Of a DNA stretch of 64,000 bases, positions 55,424 through 64,000 are shown one piece after another (position 1 is the first letter of the stretch; each line of letters starts with the position of its first letter). The stretch covers positions 4,703 to 68,702 of the forward strand of contig JAZSHV010000034.1 of assembly GCA_045533475.1 (NCBI GenBank). The letters run 5' to 3'. The notes under the pieces were generated by a model. That model had not been told where the DNA came from. It worked only from the letters and a program-made list of their open reading frames with translations, and did not search any database. This DNA comes from Acutalibacteraceae bacterium. Its GTDB lineage: Bacteria > Bacillota > Clostridia > Oscillospirales > Acutalibacteraceae. Position numbers and translations under genes: made by a program.

Positions 55424-56038
55424 ATGCGAAGAAAAAGTATAAGTCTTTTTTTCAAAACTGTTGCGATAAGCCTCTTTTGTTGCGGTATTTTTTTGCTGAC
55501 AGGCTATTATTATCTTGAAAAAAAGCTGCTGCTTATCGAAAACGGAGCAATTGAGTCGGTTCCGTATTATAGCTCTGTACCGCAAAACGCAGGAGTTTTG
55601 CTTGATATTTGCGGTGATAAAACCTTTTTTTATCTTGATTTTGAGAATATGGAGCTTCGCATAATTTTTGACGGTGAGGAAGAATTTAAAGAGGATAATG
55701 TGTACGGATATAATGTAGATTACAGTATTTTCGGCGATTATTCCTTGCTTTCTGAAATAGTGGATATTGCGGGCGGAGTGGAAATGACTTATAATGATGA
55801 AACGCTGACCTTTACAGGGGTTCAGATTTCTGAAATTTTATCTACTACGGTCGAAAGAAATGGTTTGAGACGCGATTTAACACAAAAAATAGTAAAAAAA
55901 ATTTCTCAAAATGGCTTTAAAAAAGAGGACCTACTGTATATAATAGAAAATAGTGAGACAAATCTAACGGTGCCGGCGTGCTATTATTGGCCGGAGTTTA
56001 TTAAGGAGCTTTTCGGCTCGGTCAGAGTGGTGAACTGA
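55424..56038 (+). CDS. hypothetical membrane-anchored protein with weak LytR-Cps2A-Psr (LCP)-like C-terminal half
   Basis: N-terminal TM segment. SEIVDIAGGVEMTYNDETLTFTGVQISEIL resembles the LCP core, but the conserved Arg/Asp motifs are not evident. Confidence 0.55.
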   Translation: MRRKSISLFFKTVAISLFCCGIFLLTGYYYLEKKLLLIENGAIESVPYYSSVPQNAGVLLDICGDKTFFYLDFENMELRIIFDGEEEFKEDNVYGYNVDYSIFGDYSLLSEIVDIAGGVEMTYNDETLTFTGVQISEILSTTVERNGLRRDLTQKIVKKISQNGFKKEDLLYIIENSETNLTVPACYYWPEFIKELFGSVRVVN

Positions 56039-57271
56039 ATGAAAAAAAGAATAGTTGCGCTTTTTTTATGTGTTTGCCTTATGGTAAATCTTTGCGGATG
56101 CAAGCTTATTGAGGATTTTGGTGTTTTAGAGGTTTTTGAACAGCTGAAATCGGAATTTATCGAGCTGTTTTCTCCTTATGGCGAGGTTATAGAGGTATCA
56201 ATTGAGGAATTTGATGTAGTGTCACCCGAATTCAATGTCTGCTATAATACGCTGAATAAGAAGCAAAAAGAGCTTTACAAGCTTCTTTACGCTATTGTTG
56301 AGCAGATGCCTGAGGGCTTTGTAAGGCTTACAGAAAACTATGACGGTTTTTCTGCCGATATTCATATAGCATATACTGCCTTGCTTTATGACCGTGCCGA
56401 AATCTTCTGGATGCCCATTACATACCTTGTGGGTGAGGTTAAATCGTTTGGCAAAACATATGCTACAATAGCATTTGATTACGAGAATGAAACTAACAGG
56501 GTTGAATATAAGGTCAGCAAGGACGAGCGCGATAGTATGCGTAAGGAGCTTGAGGAAACGGTTAATGCACTTACCTCTCAGGCAGACGCATATGAGAGTG
56601 AGTATGAAAAGGAGCTCTTTTTTAACAATTATATATGCGCCAATACGGAATACGATACAGAGGCTAAGCTTGCAAGCACATCGTATGGGTGTCTTGTTTT
56701 GAAAAGGGCGCTTTGCGAAGGATATTCAAGGGCATTTAAGCTTCTTTGTAATAAATCGGGGATTTCCTGTGACCTTATAAGCGGAGAGTCTGACGGAGAG
56801 GGGCATATGTGGAATATTGTTAATATAGACGGTATTATGTCATATGCAGATGTAACCTGGAATGATTCGCAAGAGGGACTGGAGTATTTTTATTTCAATA
56901 TAACCGAAAATCAGCTTTTAGACGACCATATTATTGCGCCTGTATATTCTGAAATTGATGGAAGTAAGCTATCACTCGGAACGCCTTTTAACTATTTTAA
57001 GCAAGGCTGTACCTATAGGGGTAATAGCTATTACCATAAAAACGGTCTTTTATTGGATTATGATTACTCAAATAAAGCGGCAAAAATTATAAGGGAAGAT
57101 AGCCTTAAGGGTAAAAACTATTCATATTTTGCTTTTGACAGTGAGGCGGTATTAGAAAAATTTAAGTCTGACTCCGATTCATTTTTAGACAGTATTCAAA
57201 GGCAAATAGGTAAAATTACGATTAATAGCTATATTTTCAAAAGAGATGTTTTGGTTGTATTTTATAAATAA
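56039..57271 (+). CDS. transglutaminase-like (papain-fold) lipoprotein
   Basis: Lipobox NLCGC and a Cys-His-Asp core CEGYSRAF...GHMWNIV...ADVTWND. The start abuts the previous stop. Confidence 0.8.
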   Translation: MKKRIVALFLCVCLMVNLCGCKLIEDFGVLEVFEQLKSEFIELFSPYGEVIEVSIEEFDVVSPEFNVCYNTLNKKQKELYKLLYAIVEQMPEGFVRLTENYDGFSADIHIAYTALLYDRAEIFWMPITYLVGEVKSFGKTYATIAFDYENETNRVEYKVSKDERDSMRKELEETVNALTSQADAYESEYEKELFFNNYICANTEYDTEAKLASTSYGCLVLKRALCEGYSRAFKLLCNKSGISCDLISGESDGEGHMWNIVNIDGIMSYADVTWNDSQEGLEYFYFNITENQLLDDHIIAPVYSEIDGSKLSLGTPFNYFKQGCTYRGNSYYHKNGLLLDYDYSNKAAKIIREDSLKGKNYSYFAFDSEAVLEKFKSDSDSFLDSIQRQIGKITINSYIFKRDVLVVFYK

Positions 57272-57288
57272 CAAAAGCTTGTTTTTGA

Positions 57289-57317
57289 TTGACAAGACTT
57301 AAAGATAAATGTATAAT
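57289..57317 (+). promoter_or_regulatory. sigma-A-type promoter for glnN
   Basis: TTGACA (57289-57294), 17-nt spacer, TATAAT (57312-57317). The track start codon is the TTG of the -35 hexamer. Confidence 0.65.
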
Positions 57318-57363
57318 ATACATTAAATTTTGTGATGCTGGGAAAACATACGGAGGTATTGCT

Positions 57364-59451
57364 TTGGAAAATATAAATGAGCTTTTCGGCAGTAATGTTT
57401 TTAACGATTCGGTAATGAAGGAGCGCTTGCCTGAGGATACATACAGGGCATTAAAAAGCACCATAAAAGAGGGGAATACGATTGACAGCAGTATAGCCGA
57501 TACTGTTGCTAATGCTATGAAGGAATGGGCAATAGAAAAGGGCGCTACCCATTTTACCCATTGGTTTCAGCCGCTTACAGGAATAACGGCAGAAAAGCAC
57601 GATAGCTTTATCAGCCCTACAGATGACGGTCATATCATAATGGAGTTTTCAGGTAAGGAGCTTATTAAGGGTGAGCCTGATGCATCTTCCTTTCCATCGG
57701 GAGGTCTAAGAGCCACCTTTGAGGCTCGCGGATATACCGCTTGGGACCCAAGCTCATATGCCTTTGTCAAAGATGAAACCCTTTGCATACCGACGGCGTT
57801 CTGCTCCTATTGCGGTGATGCGCTTGACCAGAAAACTCCTTTACTTCGCAGTATGGATGCAATAAATAAGCAGGCGCTCAGAATAATTAAGCTGTTTGGA
57901 CACGACGATGTAAAGCATATTAATGTGACTGTCGGTCCTGAACAGGAATATTTCCTTGTGGATAAGTCTATGTACGAAAAGCGTCCTGACCTTATTTACT
58001 GCGGAAGAACGCTTATCGGTTCTATGCCGCCAAAAGGTCAGGAAATGGATGACCATTATTTTGGTGTGCTTAAGCCGAGAGTAGCCGCATTTATGCGCGA
58101 GCTTGACCGCGAGCTGTGGAAGCTTGGCGTGCTTGCTAAGACCGAGCATAACGAAGCCGCTCCCGCTCAGCATGAGCTTGCTCCGATTTTCACTACAACC
58201 AATATTGCCGCCGACCATAATCAGCTTACTATGGAGATGATGAAGAAAACTGCTCTCCGTCACGGGCTTGTCTGTCTTTTGCACGAAAAGCCCTTTTATG
58301 GGGTGAACGGTAGCGGTAAGCATAATAACTGGTCGCTTTCTACCGATACAGGTATAAACTTCTTAAGTCCGGGTAAAAATCCTGAGGAAAATCCACTGTT
58401 TTTACTTACTCTTGCCGCAGTTATAAGAGCGGTGGACGAGCATCAGGAGCTTTTAAGAATTTCTGTTGCAACAGCAGGTAACGACCACCGTTTGGGCGGT
58501 CACGAGGCCCCGCCAGCGATTATTTCTATTTTCTTGGGTGATGAGCTTACTAATCTGCTTGAGGCTATCGCGGCAGGAATCCATCACGATGCGGCAAAAC
58601 GCATTAAAATGAATATGGGCGCAGAAATAATTCCAAGTATCAGAAAGGATAATACCGACCGCAACCGAACCTCACCGTTTGCCTTTACGGGTAATAAGTT
58701 TGAGTTCAGAATGTTGGGTTCGGCATCGTCAATATCCGATACAAATGTTATGCTTAATACTATGGTTGCAGAGGTTTTTGCCGATTTTGCCGACCGTCTT
58801 GAGGGAACCGACGATTTAAAGAGTGGAATTAACGCTATAGTTAAAGAGGTTGTTGAAAAGCATAGAAGAATTATTTTCAACGGCGACGGTTATTCTGAGG
58901 AATGGCAAAAGGAAGCCGAGCGCAGAGGACTTCTTAATCTTGTGAGCACGGTAGATGCTTTACCGTTGCTTGCAAGTGATAAAAATGTTGAGATGTTCCA
59001 AAGACATGGAGTTTTAAGCCGAACCGAAATTGTGTCCCGCGTTGATATAGCGCTTGAAAATTATACTAAAATTCTTCATATTGAGGCGCTTACCCTTATT
59101 GATATGATGAATAGAGAGGTAATTCCTGCAATAACCTCGTATACCGATATGCTTTGCACGGCTGTACTGAATAAAAATAGCCTCGGTGGAATAAACTCCA
59201 CTGTTGAGAGGGAGCTGTTGGCAAGACTTTCGGCGGCTAATAAGGAAATTTATACCCTTACAGGCGAGCTTAAAATGGCTGTGGCTTCGGCTGAAAAAAC
59301 TGCTGATATGCTCGAAAAAGCAACCTTGTACCGTAATACAATATTGAAGCTTATGTCCGATATACGCTATTATTCGGATAGCGCCGAAAGTGTTATGCCG
59401 TCTGATTATTGGCCTTATCCAAGCTATGGTGAGCTTTTGTTTAATATTTAA
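57364..59451 (+). CDS. glnN: glutamine synthetase type III
   Basis: About 695 aa and GSIII-like throughout ([13 protein letters not shown]..., [26 protein letters not shown]). TTG 57364 sits 7 nt after GGAGG. Confidence 0.92.
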   Translation: MENINELFGSNVFNDSVMKERLPEDTYRALKSTIKEGNTIDSSIADTVANAMKEWAIEKGATHFTHWFQPLTGITAEKHDSFISPTDDGHIIMEFSGKELIKGEPDASSFPSGGLRATFEARGYTAWDPSSYAFVKDETLCIPTAFCSYCGDALDQKTPLLRSMDAINKQALRIIKLFGHDDVKHINVTVGPEQEYFLVDKSMYEKRPDLIYCGRTLIGSMPPKGQEMDDHYFGVLKPRVAAFMRELDRELWKLGVLAKTEHNEAAPAQHELAPIFTTTNIAADHNQLTMEMMKKTALRHGLVCLLHEKPFYGVNGSGKHNNWSLSTDTGINFLSPGKNPEENPLFLLTLAAVIRAVDEHQELLRISVATAGNDHRLGGHEAPPAIISIFLGDELTNLLEAIAAGIHHDAAKRIKMNMGAEIIPSIRKDNTDRNRTSPFAFTGNKFEFRMLGSASSISDTNVMLNTMVAEVFADFADRLEGTDDLKSGINAIVKEVVEKHRRIIFNGDGYSEEWQKEAERRGLLNLVSTVDALPLLASDKNVEMFQRHGVLSRTEIVSRVDIALENYTKILHIEALTLIDMMNREVIPAITSYTDMLCTAVLNKNSLGGINSTVERELLARLSAANKEIYTLTGELKMAVASAEKTADMLEKATLYRNTILKLMSDIRYYSDSAESVMPSDYWPYPSYGELLFNI

Positions 59452-59483
59452 TAATATACAAATTGAATTTTAAAGCATTTAAA

Positions 59484-59513
59484 AAGGCTTCCCGTTTTTT
59501 GACGGGAAGCCTT
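59484..59513. terminator. bidirectional intrinsic terminator between glnN and fba
   Basis: 12-bp stem AAGGCTTCCCGT / ACGGGAAGCCTT, loop TTTTTG. Confidence 0.75.
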
Positions 59514-59543
59514 ACCTTATAGTATTAAGCTTGTGTTTGAATC

Positions 59544-60407
59544 TTATGCCTTACCTACAGAACCGAAAAGCTCCATCTTTTCCTTAACGGTAGCCTTGAT
59601 AGCAGCACAACCGTCAGCAAGAAGCTTTCTGGGGTCAAAGCCCTTACCCTGAAGGTCTTTACCTGCCTCGATATACTTTCTTGTGGCATCAGCAAATGCA
59701 AGCTGACACTCAGTATTAACATTTATCTTAGAAACACCGAGAGAAATGGCCTTCTGAATCATCTCTGCAGGGATACCTGTACCGCCGTGAAGAACGAGAG
59801 GCATAGTACCTGTAAGCTGTTGAATAGCATCAAGGGTATCAAAGCTTAAGCCTGCCCAGTTTTCGGGATACTTTCCGTGAATGTTACCGATACCTGCTGC
59901 AAGCATTGTTACACCTAAATCAGCAATCATTTTGCATTCTTCGGGGTCTGCAACCTCACCGCTGCCAACAACACCGTCTTCCTCGCCACCGATAGCGCCA
60001 ACCTCAGCCTCAAGTGAAAGACCTTTTTCTTCACAGATAGCAACTAACTCCTTAGTTTTTGCAATGTTTTCTTCAATCGGATAATGTGAACCGTCAAACA
60101 TTACAGATGAAAAGCCTGCCTCAATACACTTCATAGCGCCTTCATAGCTGCCGTGGTCAAGGTGAAGAGCAACAGGAACTGTTATTCCAAGCTCGTTTAT
60201 CATACCGTTTACCATACCAACAATAGTGGTGTAGCCGCACATATATTTGCCGGCACCCTCTGAAACACCAAGAATTACAGGAGACTTAAGCTCTTCGGCA
60301 GTCTGAAGAATAGCCTTTGTCCATTCAAGGTTGTTGATATTAAACTGACCTACTGCGTACTTACCTTCTTTAGCCTTAGTAAGCATTTCTTTTGCGGAAA
60401 CTAACAT
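59544..60407 (-). CDS. fba: class II fructose-1,6-bisphosphate aldolase
   Basis: Sequence AVGQFNINNLEW, LHLDHG and LVLHGGTG. Confidence 0.96.
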   Translation of the reverse strand: MLVSAKEMLTKAKEGKYAVGQFNINNLEWTKAILQTAEELKSPVILGVSEGAGKYMCGYTTIVGMVNGMINELGITVPVALHLDHGSYEGAMKCIEAGFSSVMFDGSHYPIEENIAKTKELVAICEEKGLSLEAEVGAIGGEEDGVVGSGEVADPEECKMIADLGVTMLAAGIGNIHGKYPENWAGLSFDTLDAIQQLTGTMPLVLHGGTGIPAEMIQKAISLGVSKINVNTECQLAFADATRKYIEAGKDLQGKGFDPRKLLADGCAAIKATVKEKMELFGSVGKA

Positions 60408-60588
60408 TTGAATTCCTCCGTTAATTTATTTTTTCAGCAGAATTAAACTCTGTGAACATAACAAAGTTATTTTATACCAAATATCCCATAAAATCAAGAC
60501 TTTTTTAAAATATAGCTATTATTACTGTTTTTTAAATGTTTAGATATTTCCTTTTATAATTTTTATATCCATAATTCGGCAAAAAGCC

Positions 60589-60616
60589 TTTACTTTTTTG
60601 AAAAATGTGATATAAT
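60589..60616 (+). promoter_or_regulatory. candidate extended -10 promoter for the glycan cluster
   Basis: TTTACT (60589-60594), 16-nt spacer, TGA-TATAAT (60608-60616). Confidence 0.4.
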
Positions 60617-60663
60617 TAAAATGTATGCAAAAATGAATAATTATGTCTTTTGGAGTAATTTTT

Positions 60664-62040
60664 ATGAAAAATCAACTTGAACAATATAAACGCTTATTCA
60701 GATACGGTTTTATTTTATTACTTATTCTCGGTCAGGCGGCTGCCTTTATGTTTTGTTGGATGATGGAATATAACGATTCGATTATCCTGCCCTTTGTTCA
60801 GAAGGGACATTGGCTTATAGGCGCTTACTACATTTTGATGGAATCTATATTCCTTTATAATTTTGACGGTTTAAAGTTTGGATACTTCAAACGAAGCAAT
60901 ATGGTGCTTTCGCAAATACTTGCAATTATCTGTACTAATGCTATGATGTATTTGCTTATAGCGCTTCTTTCTGCAAAGTTTATACCGATTATTCCTATTG
61001 TGGCGATTTGCCTTTTTGATGCGGTTTTTGCTATGGTGGTTACGGGACTTAGTGAGCTTATGTTCAATAAATTTTTTCCTGCAAAAAAGCTCCTTGTAAT
61101 ATATGACGAGTACAAGCCTGACTTTATGGTTCAAAAGCTGAAATCAAGAAAGGATAAATATACTGTAGAAAAGGTTGCTAATATATCTGTTGGCTTTGAG
61201 AGTCTTAAGGGTATGATGGACGAGGTTGACGGTGTGGTAATCTTTGATGTTCACTCAGAAATCCGCAATAAGATCCTTAAAATCTGTTTTGATAAGAATA
61301 TAAGAACCTATACTACCTCTAAGGTGTCGGATATTCTAATTAGAGGAGCAGAGAATATACACTTGTTCGATACTCCGCTTCTTTTGTACCGTAATCAGGG
61401 ACTCACCTTTGAGCAACGCTTCCTTAAGCGCACAATGGATATTATCGTATCCCTTATAATGCTTATTATCACTTCACCGTTTATGCTTATGTCAGCGATT
61501 GCTATTAAGCTTTATGACGGCGGTCCGGTTTTCTTCCGTCAGGAGCGTTCTACAATAAACAATAAAACCTTTAAGATTCATAAGTTCAGAAGTATGATTG
61601 TAGACGCTGAGAAGGACGGTGTATCGCGTCCTGCAACTGACGGAGACCCCCGCATCACTCCTGTCGGCAAGGTGCTTCGTGCTACAAGACTGGACGAGCT
61701 TCCTCAGCTTATTGATATTTTAAAGGGTGATATGAGCCTTGTCGGACCGAGACCTGAGCGTATTGAACATACCGAAAAGTATACTGAGGAAATCCCCGAA
61801 TTCCCGTTAAGACTTAAGGTAAGAGGCGGTCTTACAGGCTATGCTCAGCTTTACGGTAAGTACAATACAACACCCTATGATAAACTCCAGCTTGACCTTA
61901 TGTATATACAGAATTATTCATTCCTTTTGGATTTGAGACTTTTGTTTATGACTGTAAAGGTTATGTTTATGAAAGAAAGCACAGAGGGCTTTACAGAGGA
62001 AAAGAGCAAGAGTATGGGTGAAGAAACCGATAAAAAATAG
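60664..62040 (+). CDS. polyprenyl glycosylphosphotransferase (bacterial sugar transferase family, WbaP/EpsB-like)
   Basis: Four to five N-terminal TM segments, a central domain, and a C-terminal catalytic domain (KRTMDIIVS..FFRQER...DELPQLIDILKGDMSLVGPRP). ATG 60664 follows GGAG. Confidence 0.9.
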   Translation: MKNQLEQYKRLFRYGFILLLILGQAAAFMFCWMMEYNDSIILPFVQKGHWLIGAYYILMESIFLYNFDGLKFGYFKRSNMVLSQILAIICTNAMMYLLIALLSAKFIPIIPIVAICLFDAVFAMVVTGLSELMFNKFFPAKKLLVIYDEYKPDFMVQKLKSRKDKYTVEKVANISVGFESLKGMMDEVDGVVIFDVHSEIRNKILKICFDKNIRTYTTSKVSDILIRGAENIHLFDTPLLLYRNQGLTFEQRFLKRTMDIIVSLIMLIITSPFMLMSAIAIKLYDGGPVFFRQERSTINNKTFKIHKFRSMIVDAEKDGVSRPATDGDPRITPVGKVLRATRLDELPQLIDILKGDMSLVGPRPERIEHTEKYTEEIPEFPLRLKVRGGLTGYAQLYGKYNTTPYDKLQLDLMYIQNYSFLLDLRLLFMTVKVMFMKESTEGFTEEKSKSMGEETDKK

Positions 62041-62049
62041 AGGTATAAT

Positions 62050-62760
62050 ATGAAAAAATATTTTGAAAAGCTTTATAAGGGCAGTGCGTCAGATTTTCAT
62101 AATCAGCTAAAAATTGACCTTGAAAATGATAACAAAAGATTTATAATTACCGCTAATCCCGAAGCATTTATGCACGGAACACAGAACGAAACGGTTGACC
62201 GTATGCTTACTGACAGTGAGGTTACTACTGTGGCAGACGGTATAGGTCTTGTTAAGGGTGCTAAAATGCTTGATATTGATATTACCGAGAGGGTTCCCGG
62301 TGTTGAGATAGCCGAAAAGCTTATGGAATACGGAAACGAGCTTAAGAAGTCGATATTCCTTTTTGGTGCAAAGCAAGAGGTTATTGATGCAATGCTTAAG
62401 GTTATTGCAGAGAAATATCCAAATTTATCGGTTGCAGGAAGCGAAAACGGATATGTAGCTGATAAGGATGCTGTTTTCGAAAGAATTGCAGAGCTGAAGC
62501 CTGATATTGTTCTTGTGGCTCTGGGTATGCCGACACAGGAATTGCTGATTTACAAGCATCTTGAAAGGTTTGAAAAAGGAATATTTGTGGGCGTTGGCGG
62601 TAGCTTTGATGTTTTAAGCGGTACTAAACAGCGCGCACCCGAATTCTTTATAAAGCATAATCTTGAATGGTTTTACAGGATTGCAAAAGAACCTAAGCGC
62701 ATAAAGAGATTTTATGATAACAATGTTAAATTCCTTTTCAAGATAAAGAAAATGAAATAA
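62050..62760 (+). CDS. tagA: WecB/TagA/CpsF family glycosyltransferase (N-acetylmannosaminyltransferase-like)
   Basis: Sequence ITANPEAFM...VADGIGLV...QELLI...GVGGSFDVLSG...RAP....LEWFYR. Confidence 0.88.
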   Translation: MKKYFEKLYKGSASDFHNQLKIDLENDNKRFIITANPEAFMHGTQNETVDRMLTDSEVTTVADGIGLVKGAKMLDIDITERVPGVEIAEKLMEYGNELKKSIFLFGAKQEVIDAMLKVIAEKYPNLSVAGSENGYVADKDAVFERIAELKPDIVLVALGMPTQELLIYKHLERFEKGIFVGVGGSFDVLSGTKQRAPEFFIKHNLEWFYRIAKEPKRIKRFYDNNVKFLFKIKKMK

Positions 62761-62780
62761 GGTTTGGCAGGTTAATTTAT

Positions 62781-63890
62781 ATGAAAAAAATTAAAGTTAT
62801 GAGCATATTCGGAACAAGACCTGAGGCTATAAAGATGGCTCCTTTGGTTAAGGAGCTCGAAAAAAGAGAATGTGTTGAGAGTATAGTTTGCGTAACGGCT
62901 CAGCATAGAGAAATGCTTGATCAGGTTTTGGAAACATTTAATATTAAGCCGGATTATGACCTCAATATAATGAAGCAGGGACAGACTCTTATAGATATAA
63001 CCACAGGAGCACTTTCGGGTGTTGACGAGGTTATAAAAACTGCAAAGCCTGATATTGTTCTTGTTCACGGTGACACCTCAACCACCTTTGCAGGCGCACT
63101 TGCGGCTTTCTATAATCAGGTTGCTATAGGTCACGTTGAAGCAGGTCTTCGCACATACAATAAATATTCTCCGTATCCTGAGGAAATGAACCGTCAGATG
63201 GTTGACTGTATGACCGATATGTTCTTTGCGCCTACAGAGCTAAGCCGTGACAATCTGCTTAAGGAGAATATTGATTCAGATAAGATTTATGTTACGGGCA
63301 ACACCGCAATTGACGCTATGAGCACTACCGTTGAAAAGGACTACAGTCACCCTGAGCTTGATTGGGTAGGGGATAACAGAATGATTCTTTTGACCGCTCA
63401 CCGCAGAGAAAATTTAGGCGAGCCTATGCGTAATATATTCAGAGGTATACGCCGCGTGCTTGATGAGGTGCCTGATATAAAGGTTGTATATCCTATTCAT
63501 AAGAATCCTTTGGTTAGAGCGGCGGCAGACGAGATATTCGGCGAGTGCGATAGAGTAAGGCTTATTGAACCGTTGGAGGTTTTTGATTTTCATAATTTTC
63601 AGAATATGTCATACATTATTTTAACAGATAGCGGCGGTATTCAAGAGGAGGCTCCGTCACTCGGTAAGCCGGTGCTTGTGCTTCGCGATACTACCGAAAG
63701 ACCTGAGGGCATTGCTGCGGGAACGCTTAAGCTTGTCGGTACTGACAGCGATGTTATTTATGAAGAAACTATGCGTCTGCTTAGCGACAGTGCTGAGTAT
63801 GAGCGTATGAGTAAGGCATCTAATCCTTACGGTGACGGTAAAGCGAGCCAAAGAATAGTAGATGCAATAATTGAGAAATTCAATAATTAG
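62781..63890 (+). CDS. mnaA: UDP-N-acetylglucosamine 2-epimerase (non-hydrolysing)
   Basis: Sequence IFGTRPEAIKMAPL, VHGDTSTT and TDSGGIQEEAPSLGKPVLVLRDTTERPE. Confidence 0.95.
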   Translation: MKKIKVMSIFGTRPEAIKMAPLVKELEKRECVESIVCVTAQHREMLDQVLETFNIKPDYDLNIMKQGQTLIDITTGALSGVDEVIKTAKPDIVLVHGDTSTTFAGALAAFYNQVAIGHVEAGLRTYNKYSPYPEEMNRQMVDCMTDMFFAPTELSRDNLLKENIDSDKIYVTGNTAIDAMSTTVEKDYSHPELDWVGDNRMILLTAHRRENLGEPMRNIFRGIRRVLDEVPDIKVVYPIHKNPLVRAAADEIFGECDRVRLIEPLEVFDFHNFQNMSYIILTDSGGIQEEAPSLGKPVLVLRDTTERPEGIAAGTLKLVGTDSDVIYEETMRLLSDSAEYERMSKASNPYGDGKASQRIVDAIIEKFNN

Positions 63891-63930
63891 GGATTCTATA
63901 TTAAATCTGCATAAAATTAAAACCTTAACT

Positions 63931-63946
63931 TGGCACAGTATGTGCA
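63931..63946 (+). promoter_or_regulatory. sigma-54-like -24/-12 element (also the core of a hairpin)
   Basis: TGGCAC-AGTAT-GTGCA versus consensus TGGCAC-N5-TTGCA, with correct GG-to-GC spacing. Confidence 0.3.
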
Positions 63947-63969
63947 AGAGGTAAAAAATAAAATATTGC

Positions 63970-63998
63970 TTGCATATTTATTCAGAATATGATATTAT
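63970..63998 (+). promoter_or_regulatory. sigma-A-type promoter reading out of the right edge
   Basis: TTGCAT (63970-63975), 17-nt spacer, TATTAT (63993-63998). Confidence 0.4.
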
Positions 63999-64000
63999 TT

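Noticed and set aside
1-64000. Scan for CRISPR arrays, transposases/integrases, prophage modules, toxin-antitoxin pairs and known defence genes.
   Set aside because: None seen. All large ORFs are accounted for by housekeeping or envelope functions, and no spaced direct repeats or terminal inverted repeats flanking genes were noticed. This was a scan by eye, so short or degenerate elements could have been missed.

Overview
This window reads as a mostly housekeeping chromosomal segment of a low-GC, spore-forming Firmicute. The Clostridia-like assignment is an inference from T-box leaders, ytfI/ytfJ, scpAB, a type III glutamine synthetase, and the gene order rimP-nusA-ylxR-ylxQ-infB-rbfA-nrnA-truB-ribF. 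I call 64 CDS, one tRNA-Arg(CCG), two T-box leaders (Trp for trpB, Phe for pheST), about 15 sigma-A-type promoters and about 10 intrinsic terminators.

Gene blocks, left to right:
- PqqD-like gene plus ABC exporter, running off the left edge
- nnr, typA, a DEDDh exonuclease and a PflX-like radical SAM gene
- Maltodextrin-type ABC importer plus malQ
- rluB, dacB, ytfJ, ytfI, scpB, scpA and an M50 protease
- A zinc-ribbon/PASTA kinase-like gene
- The nusA-infB operon
- ftsK, a ComEC-type MBL protein, a Gx transporter and asnB
- galE and tRNA-Arg
- T-box-controlled trpB
- A complete 11-cistron his operon led by a TrpR/YerC-like gene
- feoAB, pheST and ireB
- Three hypothetical envelope genes
- glnN, fba, and a glycan-priming cluster (sugar phosphotransferase, tagA, mnaA)

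I found no CRISPR array, transposase or integrase, prophage, or recognisable defence gene. I do not see a convincing novel multi-gene system.

The best leads are:
- The PqqD/RRE plus exporter operon cut by the left edge
- A catalytically degenerate zinc-ribbon/PASTA pseudokinase
- An in-frame hisZ-hisG fusion, and a membrane ORF embedded in the his operon
- A nested inverted-repeat RNA-like element upstream of tRNA-Arg
- An unlisted 59-aa ORF
- Several enzyme-fold proteins with substituted catalytic residues

Many ORF-track starts are over-extended: several begin inside promoter -35 hexamers. I re-set those starts where a Shine-Dalgarno sequence supports it.
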